Origin: Octopus bimaculoides
Lineage: Eukaryota
Assembly: GCF_001194135.2 (NCBI RefSeq)
Contig: NC_068983.1
Span: forward strand, 18,334,752 to 18,398,221
Reading direction: 5' to 3'
Length of the DNA stretch: 63,470 nucleotides
The notes under the pieces: generated by a model
Databases searched by the model: none
What the model was told of the DNA's origin: nothing
What the model saw: the letters and a program-made list of their open reading frames with translations, nothing else
Program-made: the position numbers and the translations under genes
Part shown: positions 40,297 through 53,990 of the stretch, one piece after another
Layout: every line of letters begins with the position of its first letter
Position numbering within the stretch: the first letter of the stretch is position 1

Positions 40297-40980
40297 AGGT
40301 GCAGGTATGGCTATGTGGTAAGAAGGTTGCTTCCCAACCACATGGTTCTGGGTTCTACTATAATGTCGGGTCGACCAAAACCTTGTGAGTGAAATTGTTT
40401 AGACAGAAACTGAAGGAATATCACACACATATATATATATATGGTATAAACGTATAAGATTCTAAAAATTAAAAATTTCCAAGTAGAAAATATGTTTTGT
40501 GTTTAAATGTTCACAAATTTCAATGAAATGAAAAATGATCGGCGAAACAAAGAATTATTCAAAGTAGTTTGGTATGTGCATAAATTTATTTAAAAACAAT
40601 TACATGCGTTTCAAATTCAGATGCATTTTCAGCAACAAATTATTCTATATTTGTGTGTGTGTGTTTGCGTGCATGTGTGTGTGTTTGCGAGCATGTGTGT
40701 GTGTGTGTGTGCGTGTGTACGTGTACACATGTGTCTGTGTGTCTTTGTGTCTGTGTGTCTTTTTGTCTGTGTGTCTTTGTGTCTGTGTTTCTTCTCTACC
40801 ACCACTTAACAGCTAGTATTGTTGAGTTTATGTATCATTAACATAGCGGTTATGCAAAGGAGACCTATAAAATAAGTACTAGGATTTTGAAAATAAGTCC
40901 TGGAGTCGATTTGTTTGACTTAAATATTCCAAGGCAGTGAACCAGCATGTCAGCGGTCAAATGACTGAAACAAATAAAAA
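40297..40980 (+). mobile_element. Degenerate family C SINE interrupted in its internal microsatellite by ~200 bp of unrelated sequence
   Basis: Head AGGTGCAGGTATGGCTATGTGGTAAG (40297) and tail AATAAGTCCTGGAGTCGATTTG..CAAATGACTGAAACAAATAAAAA (to 40980), with an AT-rich insert at about 40445-40640. Confidence 0.75.
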
Positions 40981-41317
40981 GTCATTCTATTCAGTTTGTA
41001 GAATCCGTGGTTTTCGTTGAATGCTGCTTAAAAAAAATTAGGTTCTATGAGTGTGTGTGCGTATGTTCCCTATGCATTCAAAACCGAGTTCCCGATTTTG
41101 ACGTATGGGGTAAGAAAAGATTCAGTACTATTTCCGCTACCAACTAAACTTTATATTCATTGACATATTTGCATTACAAAAATTTAAAATTATATTTTTT
41201 CCATACATGAACTATCGTAAGCATTTTATACGACGGCGACGACGATGATGTCTCATTCTCTATATGAGCGTGTACCTTGAAAGACATCCATCATCACGAC
41301 ACACACCTTCACACACT

Positions 41318-41367
<50 letters not shown>

Positions 41368-41960
41368 TACACTCTTCCATTTCAATTCCTTTACATTCAG
41401 CTCTCTCTCGCCTTTTCGCTTTCTCTTTTCTTTCAATTTCTGCTCTCTTCAAAACATAAAGAAATTAATCATTACAGAATGACCTAGTGTAACGCCGAAT
41501 GAGAAAAAAGACAGAGAGAGACAAGAGAAAGAATCATAGACAGAAAATAAATTTCTATAGGGGAAGTTGAAAGACGGATAGAGGGTGAAAAACAGAGGCT
41601 GATGTATCATACCCTATGTATGTATCTTCTAGGTCATTTTGGGGGCAATGTTAGCATTTCATTCTAATCTAAGCTGCCATTCTGCATGTTTTTGGTGTCA
41701 ACATTTTCAGCATTGTTCATCAAAAAATAACTGAGAAACATGCTTATAAAGAGTTGTTTGATTCACACTCCTCGTGTCTCGATTCTGCCCATAAGAAAGA
41801 AACAAATACTACAATAGTGCTGTAGGTCATAACACACGGGCAACGCCGAAATGCATTTCTAATGAGACATATATAATTTCAATAATGCTAAAATGCTGAT
41901 TTGATTAGCTACATTTAATTTTGTCGCGATTTTCTTGTTCTCTAATGAGTTAAATTATTA

Positions 41961-42031
41961 CTTTATGAGTAGTTATGCTACTTTCTTTATAAGTAGTTAT
42001 GCTACTTGTTTCTTTATAAGTAGTTATGCTA
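41961..42031. repeat. Short tandem repeat, three copies of a ~23-27-bp unit (CTTTATAAGTAGTTATGCTAC)
   Basis: Directly visible. Confidence 0.85.
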
Positions 42032-42477
42032 TCAGAAAGAATTATTTGATGTGAGTGAGCAATTATTCCGAAATTATAATCCGTTTTATCTCCTTCTACG
42101 AAAATATGTGATAAATTTTCATATCAGCATCACAAAACTAGCAAGTTGACGTTGTACAATATGTTTCGTCTTAAGCCTCAGAGAATAATTAAACAATATA
42201 CTTCATCTAGATTATTTTACATAGCAATGAAGGACTAATATCTTAGTAGTTTTTCATTTTATTGAACTCACTATATTTCACAGATAATCCAGCTTTGATC
42301 AGAAATCTATATTCGGACACATATACGTGTGTATGAGTTTGTGTATATATATTCGTGCATTTATGCGTGCTTACGTGTATGAGTGTATTTGTGTAAATTA
42401 GTGCTAGCTTGTCTGAATATATAAGCATGTATATAGCGAAAGTACTTGCTGATCTGTATGATATTATTTAACTGAGA

Positions 42478-42757
42478 ATCTTGCTTCCCAATCACACGGG
42501 TCCAGGTTTAGTCCCATTGCATGACACCCTGGACAAGTGAATTCTGTTATAGCTGCACGTAGACCATAGCCTTGTAAGTGGATTTATTAAACAGGAACTG
42601 AAAGAAGCCCTTCGTATATACATATGTATATATCTATGTCTGTATGGGTGTTATTGTGTATATATTTGTTTCCCATAACCGCTTGACAACTGGTGCCGGT
42701 CGTGTATGTCTCCGTTACAAAGCAGTTCAGCAAAAGAGATCTAGATAGTATCAGGCT
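42478..42757 (+). mobile_element. Old degenerate family C SINE
   Basis: TTGCTTCCCAATCAC..GGACAAGTG..AACTGAAAGAAGCCC..CGCTTGACAAC..GTTCAGCAAAAGAG. Confidence 0.7.
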
Positions 42758-43363
42758 CGCCGCATTTTAACGCTGCTAATAATAGGCAACAATGCAAATT
42801 CAGCCAGTTTGATATAATAGATTTTTACCTATCAATCGTTGTACAATTACCACATACAGTAGCATATTTTTAAATATAAAAGAATGATAAACTCATTAAA
42901 TAGACTGCACAAAAATGCGTTAATATCGCGATGCTTTTCACATTTCCAATACGTTTTTCGTCATAATTTCTATATATTCGATAAACATATCTCAAATTAT
43001 CCTCTAATATCACACTGCACCTGCTAGTTCCCATTCTATAGTCCACTAACTCGTTAAAACGTAACGGGTTAGTTGCCTGTAAATATCAAAAACAGTTCAA
43101 AAGCAAACAGTAAACTAGATAACTCATTGTCAATAAAGTACCTTTCTCTAAATGGTAGTTTAGTTGATGAAGTTGCCATTTTAAGAAAACAGCATTTTTC
43201 TTTTTCAATTTATTAAAAAATATTTGCAGCGAAATTTCCTATTACTACTGGATTCATTCTTTCTGTACTAGTTATTGTTCAGCGAGCGTATGACTTCTTG
43301 ATTATAGGTCTTTCAATATATAATCAATACTATATAATTGATGTGAAAGTATCTTTACTATCT

Positions 43364-43580
43364 AAGGCGACGAGCTGGCAGAAACGTTAGCACGCTGGGC
43401 GAAATGCTTAGCGGTATTTCGTCTGCCGTTACGTTCTGAGTTTAAATCCCGCCGAGGTTGACTTTGCCTTTCATCATTTCGGGATCGATAAATTAAGTAC
43501 CAGTTACGTATTGGGGTCGATGTAATCGACTTAATCCCTTTCTCTCTCCACCCTATGTTTTTGTGGGTAATAAAGAAATA
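43364..43580 (+). mobile_element. Family A SINE, long-tail subtype (left half of dimer)
   Basis: Head AAGGCGACGAGCTGGCAGAAACG; tail GTGGGTAATAAAGAAATA. Confidence 0.93.
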
Positions 43581-43776
43581 AGAAACATTAGCACGCCGGG
43601 CGAAATGCTTAGCGGTATTAAGTCTGTCTTTATGTTCTGAGTTCAAATTCCACTGGGGTCGACTTTGACCTTCATCCTTAAGGTGTCGATTAATTAAATA
43701 CCAGTTGCATCCTAGGGTCGATCTAATCGACTGCCCCCTCTCCACAAATGCCGGGCCTTGTGTCTATATTAAAAAA
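43581..43776 (+). mobile_element. Family A SINE, short-tail subtype lacking the first ~17 nt (right half of dimer)
   Basis: Starts AGAAACATTAGCACGCC; tail GATCTAATCGACTGCCCCCTCTCC..GGGCCTTGTG. Confidence 0.9.
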
Positions 43777-46289
43777 CGTATCTTAGCTAACTATCATATT
43801 TTTCAAACTTATTTTAGGATATGTCACCCGTACATTGAAAACTTTGCAAGCCGTGGAATAAATGTAATACTAACAACTTGATTCTTCACTTGTTACTTTA
43901 TATTCCACAGATGAAAATGACCTCCTGGATTTTCACTTTATGGGAAACTAATAACTGAAGAAATGTCCCTTGTCTCACATTTCTATAACCGTTGTTCGTA
44001 GGAATGTTGTCTGATATAACCAAATAGATTACCTGGTCCCCTTTCATTTAATCTCTCTTCCTCTTTATGAATTTAATTTATAAATTAATCTTGGCAACAG
44101 ATACAATTTTACATCTTCTTCATTTACAGTTCTAAGTGTTTATACATACATATACGCCTTTATGTGTGTCTGTGTGTGTACAGGAATTTTGTAATATTCG
44201 AAGACGACACCAGATTGATCGAAATCATTACGGCCGAAGCAAGTGTGCAAAAATATATTTGTGAAAAAAATAGAATATTCACCAATATGTACATATTACT
44301 CAAATGATTTGACAAAGGGATAAAAGAAAGCTGTTAAAAATCATGTACTCATGTACGGATATTTCAGTCAACTTGATATAAGGTTTTGTAGTGTAAAAAT
44401 TAGATTAAAAGTTGAATGAGAAGTAATGACTGTAAGTGAGACTATAAGTAATGCTAACAAGAATATACAGAAAACGAAGAGTAAACAACAAGTGTAAACA
44501 ACAACAATGAATATAAAATACCTTAGAATTAGCAAATATACATGCATGTGGTTAGAGTGAAACTTTGATCTAGAAGAATTCGCAGAGGAAACAAATATGG
44601 CTGATTTCTGTGCCCTGGTTGAAGAACAGTAATGAAAATATGTCAAATTAAGAGCACCCAGATAATCACGTATTGGTTTACTTATTGCATTCACACCCAC
44701 AACAAGGAGCTTTATATACGGAAAGAAGGAAAGGTAAATTGTTACAAGGGACTTAATAAGAATGAAAAATAAGTACTGATCCCAAAATTTACTGGAGATA
44801 AGAACGTTTCAATTTGACGTGCAATTTATTTAGTAAATTCAAAAATTGATGAGAAAACAAACACCTTGTTTTCTTATGACTATGATCAAAGTACCTTCCC
44901 AATGAAAAAAGAAAAATCCATAAAAACATCCCAAGTTTCAGGGATCATTCTGCATGTGTTTGCAGATGATCATACAGATGCTTTACACTAAAATCTAAGC
45001 AGCTGTCACACAAAAAGAAGTATTCGTCTCGAAGGAAATTCCAATTTCATATACTTTCTGTACACACTTGACAAATTAGTTATTCAGGAAAGATTAATAA
45101 TAATAGTATGCTGAGAATGATTAATTCCCATGACTCTAGTGCTGATGAGCAACGCAAAATCGTGACGTCGTTATCCTTATCAATTTCTAAGTTCTTTAGA
45201 TAAAGTATCTTAGCAAATGTTTCCACTGCTTTCCTAATGGAGCAATCTCCAGCTATATAAACTTGTTCAATCATCTGTCTATGATTTATAGAAGTATGTG
45301 CGAAGAATCGTATTCCTTCGTCTACATAAATGAAAGAAAGAATCTCTACACAAGAGCCATAAAAGGACTTTTGACATTTTAATTAATCATTATATGAAAT
45401 AAGATATAACTAATTCCAAAATTAATATTGATTGGCTTATAACATTTTTCTTTTTCATTCGTGTTAGTAAAAAAATAAAAGTTTGTCACTTGTGTTTCTT
45501 TTGCCTATGAAAAAGCTATCAAAATACTGTAGCTATAACATTCTTTATCTTGCACCTAAGTGCATAATGTCGCATGGTCCCACCATATGTTCTATAGGAT
45601 TGCATTTGCGAAGAACAATGCATCTACTTGGACAATATTTCGTTGAAATTATAACTTGAAATGCAATATATACAATATAATCATCCAGCAGCTTGATCAC
45701 ACAAATAATCATAATTAAACATAGCAAATACATTTTGGTTCCACATTTAGATTACAGGGAATTCTTTATAATAATTTTGGAACCAACAACATATTTCCGA
45801 TGCTTGGACTGCTATTCTACGAAGTGTTGTGCTCTTGAAGAAGAGAAAGTTAAAAGTATTTCCTCAAAACAAAATGGTCTTTGCTTGTTGGAATATACAG
45901 ATTGTCACAGTGTTATCGTCGAAATATCTGGTGTAACTGTGGAGATAGAAAAACGTTCTAATGTGTGAACATTTGTTTTCTCATAGTTAACGTTATTTTG
46001 TTCAAAAAGCAGAGTTTGAAAGCAAATTTAACATGGATTTATTAAACCAATAACTGTTCTTAAAATTTTAACTTCACATATGTTTTCGAAAACCATTAAT
46101 GAACATGAAATGACATGTAATCCAAATATTTTCTTTCACAAATATATCTTTACCCGAGTATATATTTCGGTGTATTTGGTTCCGTCTTAGATCAACATCT
46201 TTTTCTATCGATTTGTTCTCGTTCAATAAACGCTTGAATTAATACTAACAAGTGTTCAATGTATGTACTATCGAAGAATATATCTTATA

Positions 46290-47498
46290 TATGTGTCTGT
46301 GCTGAAATCTCGCATTTGAAAAAAGAAACATTAAATTTATTTTCGAATATTTATATATTTAATCAAAATATGATCCTTGTTCATTTATGACCTTCATCCA
46401 ACGCTCCGCTAAAACATATATTCCATCTTCAAAGAATTTGTCATCTTTTACGCTGATAAACTGTTCAAATGCTTCAATTACCTCTTCTGTATCTAAGAAT
46501 GTGTTATTGCGTACAGCAAGCTCGAAGTGTTTAAATATGTGATAATAAGTAGGAGAGATATCAGGAGAATAAGGAGAATGTGTCAACACTCCGTCTTTTA
46601 AGGCTTTGCAACTTGTGGACCGTAGCTTGACAACTGTGAGGCTGTGCATTATCATGAACTAACATTGGGCCATCTCTATTCACTAATCTGGGTTGCTTCT
46701 TTTTTAATTTTTCATGTAAACAATCAATTTCCTGACAATACGATGTGGCTGTTACAGTTTTTCCCTGTAAAACTGAATAATAAATAACTCCCTTTGTTGA
46801 CTACCATACAGTGACTATCAGCTTCTTAGGGTGTAATGATGGTTTTGGGTAGTTATTTGGTGACTCTTCTGCATCTAAGCACTGTCCTGTCCTCCTGCTG
46901 TTATCAAAGGATATCCATTTCCCATCACACATAATGGGTCGATACAAAAATGGTCCTCTTTCCGTAAAGCATCTGTTTCTTTGAATCCCATTAATTTGAT
47001 GGGGAACAAACCTGTCCATGCTTTTAACTTTTTCAATTTTCTTCAAAGGTCGAGAAGCAGTTGCGGGAGATGTCTGGGGCACTGATCCGATTTTTCGGAC
47101 CGTTGTTCTCGGATTTTCTTTAACCAAAGCATTCAATTCATCATGCTGAATAGCTGATTTTGGTCTCCCTCTTGGTTAAATTTTAAGGCTTTCATTTCCT
47201 GAACGAAATCTTTGGAACCATCTCTGAACAGTTTTAATGCCAACAGAATCGTTAATAAAAGCCCGTTTGATGTTTCGTAGAGCTTCGGTGGTCGAGTGAT
47301 CGAACTTGGTATTTTTCACTCGGTACTGTTCAGGTGTTATAAGAGCTGTGGGTGGCAATTTTGAATAATAGTATTGTCCTGAAAGAAAAAGAGTTAAGAG
47401 TAAACACAAGCATATTCATAGAAACTCATTAAAAAATCTATTTATAGATGACACATAAAAAAAGCCATTTAAAATACATTTCATGTGAGACAACCTAA
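46290..47498 (-). mobile_element. Near-full-length decayed mariner element
   Basis: ORF pieces 47176-47409 (TVQRWFQRFRSGNESL), 46801-47136 (CDGKWISFDN..LHPKKLIVTVW) and 46359-46655 (HSPYSPDISP..ERWMKVINEQGSYFD). Minus-strand 5' end reads TA-TTAGGTTGTCTCAC (TA at 47499-47500); the opposite TIR is eroded. Confidence 0.9.
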
Positions 47499-47965
47499 TA
47501 TTGTAGATGTTCATGGTTGCAAATACGTGCTTTTGTGCTCAATTTTATGCATGCTTGCTTATGTATATGTTTGCATAGATATGCATGCTGGTATTTTAGT
47601 GTCTGTGAGTATATTTTGTCATGCTTGAATGTATATGCGTGAGTGTTAGCATAAGAATGTATCGCTGTAAGTGGGTATTTATAGGTACGTAAACTTATGT
47701 ATGTGTATTTATTTGTATAAGCATATTTGAGTATTTAATGTTTTATATTCAAATCAGTTTTTCTTATTTTTATTTCTAAATTTTAGTCTTTAAATTTTGC
47801 TTGTGCTATACATTATCATTTCGGTTTGTTTACTTGCCTGGAGACACAAGACACGTTATAAAAATCTGCCTAACACTTTTCTTAATGGCAAGAAACAATT
47901 ACTAGTACAATGTACATTAAATGTCCGCGCGCTCGCGCGCACACACATGCCCACACACACGCACA

Positions 47966-48036
<71 letters not shown>

Positions 48037-49938
48037 GGCATCTAGACACTGATTTGTGTTTGAGTTTGCATATGATTGGTATTTCACGGTATGAGATTGC
48101 TGCATCAAATATATAACAGACGTACAGTCGTCAATTCTAACGCTAATACCATAGGAAATATCAGATGGCTCACCAACTTTTAATATTTCTAATAAACGGT
48201 ACCCTGCTGTGACTAAAAAAAATGAGGTATTCCAAGAATAATTTATATTCAGCACCATTAGAAATGTAACTCAAAATTTACTTCTAAACTAAATGAAATA
48301 AATTGCATTCAGTAATTATACTTCTGTACGTGAAATGAATATTCATATAGCTAAATGAATATATGTCAATCAACACAAGAGTTGTGTTACATATTTTCAT
48401 TTTGTCCTCAATTAGTCTATGTTGAAATTAACATTTAATATATAGAGTTACACATACTGCATATTTTTTAATTCTTATTTACGAAATTTATAGATAATTT
48501 ATAATAGGTGTGATAATGCTAAACGAACAGCAGCTCTTGAAATATATTCGAAATCTTATCAGTTAAAAGTTGTACGTATAGCCAATATGTTGGCGCTGTT
48601 CGGGATTGAATTTTCGTTTATGAAATACTATTTGTTGACTGTCTACTCTCATGATTATAATAAGACTGATAATTTATCAATAAATATAATGCTACTTTTC
48701 ACATTTTAGTCAGCAGCTAAGACAGGACCTTGAGACTTCATAAGTCGCAGTGAGAGGAAGGCGTCCTGTAACCGGAGGTCTGAAACGGAATGGTGTAACA
48801 GATCGAACATCAGCAAAGCTTTCAAGACGGTGCTTTTGACAGGTTGAGGGTCGCGGAAGATTTTTAAAGAGCCGTAACAAATAACAAGATGTCACCGGAT
48901 CGGCGTTCTTGCGGTGGTACCAATTTACCGCCCGGGATTGATCCTTATTTTATGACACCCTAATTGGCCGTCGGAGTATTTGAATTCAGAATGCAGTTCT
49001 TTGGAACAAATAAACCGAAGTCATTCTGTCTGACGTTCTAAGGACTTTGATAATTAACTGTTTATATGTATAAAAGGTATTTGACAGGTAATGTACAATA
49101 TTCTTCTGGCAACGTGTTCGATTCTTGTCGATATTACATCTAAATCTAAATCATACATTGCAAACTGCACTGACACAAGAATATGCAGTAATTCTGCTGC
49201 ATTTAAAAAGGCTGTTCGAAAAGAATATGGAATATAGCCTGCATATAGAAGCATGTCATCTGATTTTTTTCTAGTAGATTTACTATTTGACAGTCAATAT
49301 ATCAGCTATATAAAAATAAATAAATAAATCAAAGACTTCAGAGCTTAGTAACCAAATATATTTTATCAACTGCTATGTTCAAAACAGCTCACATTCAGAA
49401 CGAACCAAGAATGGTAGCCGTATACTTTCTTTATCGAATTTGTATGAAAATATTACAAAAATTGAGTAAAATATTCAATGAACATATGTAAGTATGTACG
49501 TTAGCAAATATAAATCATTGAAAATAACCATCATTTAATAAAAAGACACCCAAATATGAATTCAGCTCATACACTGTTGTACTGTGAAATATTTTGATAG
49601 TTTACATTGGAAATACATTTTAATGGTATGAAATTATTGCATACAGTTGTTCAAATGGCACTTAATTTACCAATACCAAATATTTATATATATATATATA
49701 TATGAAAGGAAATTTAACTTCAGTTGAACTTGAACTCAGAAAGCAAGAAATACCACTAGGGATTTTGTAAATCCGGACATTATATAGATTATTTTCAAAA
49801 AAATATGATATTAGGGTTTGCAACTCTAATTCCCTCCATGAAAAATTCTTCGTATCCACATTTGAATTCTTGTACTTGATTTTTATTTCATTCCAAAACA
49901 AAGCATGGTATCATACGCACTCACATACACAGGTGCGT

Positions 49939-49985
49939 ACGCACATGCACGTACATGCACGCACATGCACGCACATGCACGCACG
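49939..49985. repeat. 10-bp minisatellite (GCACATGCAC)n
   Basis: Directly visible, about 4.5 copies. Confidence 0.85.
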
Positions 49986-50542
49986 TTTCGTTTTATCTCT
50001 TTCTCCTTAAATCTCTATATATGTTGTTGGAGAGAAATAGTCAAATAGTCAACGATAAATTCGTTGATAGTTAAACATGTATCCACACCCAGAGAAAACA
50101 TCATAACAACTTTAATGCTCTGTCCTCATATTTAATATAGACAAAATGTCATAATGTCATTCACACAATTCTATTTACACCAACATAAATACTTAGTAAA
50201 CTTTCATTAGGTGTCACTATTTTATATATGTATACTAATGTCTACACTTACGGGAGGTTTTCTAGTTTATGGCCGGTCTATCAAAATAGTGATTGTTAAC
50301 AATTTCATTAGTTACTATAAAAGGAATTGCTGATACAATGTATCTTATAATTTCATTATGACAAATTTGAATTATAGCTTAAGAATGAAAAGAGAAACTA
50401 CTTTCATGTTGAAATAGAGCATTTACGATCACATCTGTAGACACACAAAACCCATTATATATTATATGAAAATATGCATGTAGAAATGAGCATATATGCA
50501 TATGCCAACATATCCATTTATATATACATACATACATACACA

Positions 50543-50589
<47 letters not shown>

Positions 50590-50606
50590 GACACACACAC
50601 ACATAC

Positions 50607-50660
<54 letters not shown>

Positions 50661-51494
50661 TTATATACATACACGTGTACATGCATACACATATACATAT
50701 GCGTATACATATATGCATATATAAATAACACATTATGTACATCAGTGCATATATACATCTATATGTAGATATACATTTATATAAGTATATGTATGCATAA
50801 AATAAAGAGGAATTTTCCTGTATAAATGGATGACGTACAGCTCAATTTATTCTGATAAAATGCATCATTGGGTGTTAATAATTGAGTTATGTTCAAACTA
50901 CAAACTTCTGAAACTAAACACTTCTGTTACATTTCCGTAAATTAGATTCCACTAATTTTCTCTATATAATTGCATTTAAGTCACTAAAATTGTATGAAGT
51001 TTAGTTAGTAGCTTTCAGAAAATTTTGAACACTGTGGGCAATTATCAATACTGTTATATAAACACACACAGTTACCTTCAGCATAAGATACTCACATTTG
51101 CGTCTCGCGGACAGAAGGAATTGTATAGACAGAAGAAGTGATTTTCTTTTTGTATTTTTTTTTGCCCAGTATCAAGGACAATCCTTTCTACCATTGTCCA
51201 ATATTTGTTCAGCCTTTGTAAAACCCCAGTATATTACTGGCAACATGTGGAAAACTTGGGAGACTGGGCAACCCCAAAGTAAAAATAGCTGTACGAGCTT
51301 AGTATTTTTCATTCATTTATTCTTATTCATTTATTTATTTTTATTTATCTATTTATTTACTTGTTTATTTTGATTACGTATACATTTTATTGTAATCAAT
51401 TAATAAATAGATACAATAAATATTTACAGGCTGATGTTTGCCCATTGATTATCCTCTCCATTTTCTTATTTGCCTTACATGTATACTTACATAT

Positions 51495-51609
<115 letters not shown>

Positions 51610-53426
51610 AGTGTGTGTGTTTGTGTGTGTGTGTGTGTGTGTATGTGTGTGTGTGTGTGTGTGTATGTGTTGTAATCATATTTCGGTGTTTGTGTGAGCA
51701 TTAAGATCATAGTCAAGCATGGATTTAACGAGTTTCGATTTCATAATTAGAGAAGTGTTTCTACTGCGGCACATCTGTTTGAGATGTTTAACCATTTCCT
51801 AGCTTATTTGTTATCCGTTTTAATGACATATATGTTTATCTGTAACACACACAAACACACACACACACACCCACAAACACACACACAAACACACATAAAC
51901 ACACACAGACACACATAAGAGTATATATTTATGTAAGTTTATGTGTAAGTTTATCCATATATATATATATATATATATGTCCATCTACATACATGCATAT
52001 ATTTGCGTGTGTGTTTGTATTTGCATGTATGTGTGCGCGTGTGAGAAATTCGTGAGTGTCTCTTTTTATGTATAATTGACACTTATACAAATATATATTA
52101 TCGCAACTGGATATGAAGCCGGTTAATATAACCCGGTGACCGCGAAAACATATGTTCTCTGTTGCAGACAATCTTGCATATATCAAAGCATAAAATGCTT
52201 AATAAATACAAGCTTTGCACGTATAATTCTTATGTTATGAATCAAATATTCTATTTATTTTCACATTTCTCTATTCTTTCTAAAGCAAAGAAACGGTTGC
52301 ATTTCGGATACATATTCGTAGCAACTTTGAATAGAAAGCAAGCTATTCTGTTCTAATCAATAGCTTAATGCATTTTTAGTATTCTGAAATGCTTACTGAT
52401 TTAGTGTAACGTGGGACATTTTCTGAGCAGCAAATGGTAGTTATGTGTTTGAGAAGCATTTAACCTCTAGGCTATGTTCAAAACTAAATCCGTAACGACG
52501 ACGTTTAAGCTTTTTTTATTGACTCATAATTCTTTCTCTATTGCATTGGCCCACAGAATGCCAGTTATGTTCAACACTTAAGAAATGGAATGTGCTTTGA
52601 ATATGATTACATGTTAATGGTAATTATATGAAGTGAATTGGCGTTTTATGTTGCCAGTTGATTGTATAGTTTTAGGAGGTATTATGCACGGATAATATAA
52701 ATGTGTGTGTTTGTGTGTGTGTATGTGTGTGTGTGTTTGAGAGAGAGAGAGAGAGAGATATTTTGTATGTATATTTCTATACATATTCATATACATCTGT
52801 CAATCTACAATCTATCCATCTATATCTATCAATGACATATATATGTATGTATGTACCTATATATATATAGAAATGTACGTGTTTATGTATATAAATACAT
52901 ACATATATATAAATATATATACATATATGCACGTATACCTCTCTATGTATGTCTATATAAATGTATATATATGTGCATATACATATGTGTGTGTAATTAT
53001 CTTACAAAGCGTTATGTTTGCGGTTACACACTCATATAAAATACTCATAAATAAACTACTGATATATGAAAGAATTGGTAATTGTTATAGGACACAGAAG
53101 ATTTATGATTGAGTACTGGTAAATTATTCCTTGATGATTCCTATTAGGTCATTGTTTACGTAAAATATGTTACAGCAACTGGAACATTTTATTTTGCGTA
53201 TACGACTTTCACAGTTCAGAATACTGAACTAAAGTTTGCTGTTTATTTTCGGAAATATTCATGGTTATAATATCATGATGTATTACTTATGTTCTAAATG
53301 TTTTGTGACTGGACACATGAATGGTATTGGCACACGTAAATAATATTTTGAGTGCTGTATACATAAACATAGAGGTGAACATCAACGTTTGTAGCTAAAA
53401 ACCTTCATATGCTTATATATATATAT

Positions 53427-53990
53427 GAAAGGGGAGAATTCACAAAAAAAAAACAAAAGACGAAGACAGGTGGTGTAGACAACAAACACATATATTAGTT
53501 TAACTCTCGGAAAGTGAAAAAGAGTTTAACGTTTCGAACCTACGCCCTTCCACAGAAAGGAACACACGAAGAAACAAGGAGAGAACATAAAGAATGTGTA
53601 GTGGCTAGCGATCTATCATGGCGAATGCCGGACAGAGGGATCACACAAGAGAGCTGGGAAGAAGGGGAGATAATAAAGTAGTGGTGATAATAAAGTGGTG
53701 GTGATCCCAAAACGAAGGTGCGTGCGCATGTGTATGCATGTGTAGGTGTGTGGATGATGGTGCGGGGCTGGGAAGTGGTCAGTGCTAGTGTGTGCGTGGT
53801 GGTGTGATGTGATGTGGTGTTGTGTGGTGTGGTGGTGTATGGTGTGGTGGTGTGTAGTGTGGTGGTGTTGGGATGTGAGGGAGGCGAGAGTGGGAAAAGC
53901 AAGCGTGGGGTGTGGGTTAGACTGAGGGTGGGGGTAGAGGTGGGGGTATGTAGGAGTGGGTGTAAGGGATGGTGAGCGGGTGGGATTGGA
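53427..53990 (-). mobile_element. PLE terminal-repeat-like segment in inverted orientation upstream of the PLE ORF, including a G-rich (GGT/GGG) tract
   Basis: Begins at (TA)n with GAAAGGGGAGAATTCAC. The minus strand at 53524-53558 carries a hammerhead-like variant CTGTGGA-a-GGGC-gtag-GTTC-GAAA-CGTT. Inverted 5' pLTRs are known in Penelope. Confidence 0.55.

Noticed and set aside
48710-48900. GC-richer island as a possible exon
   Set aside because: All plus frames stop early, the minus ORF is unrecognisable, and it adjoins a decayed SINE fragment at about 48930-49010.
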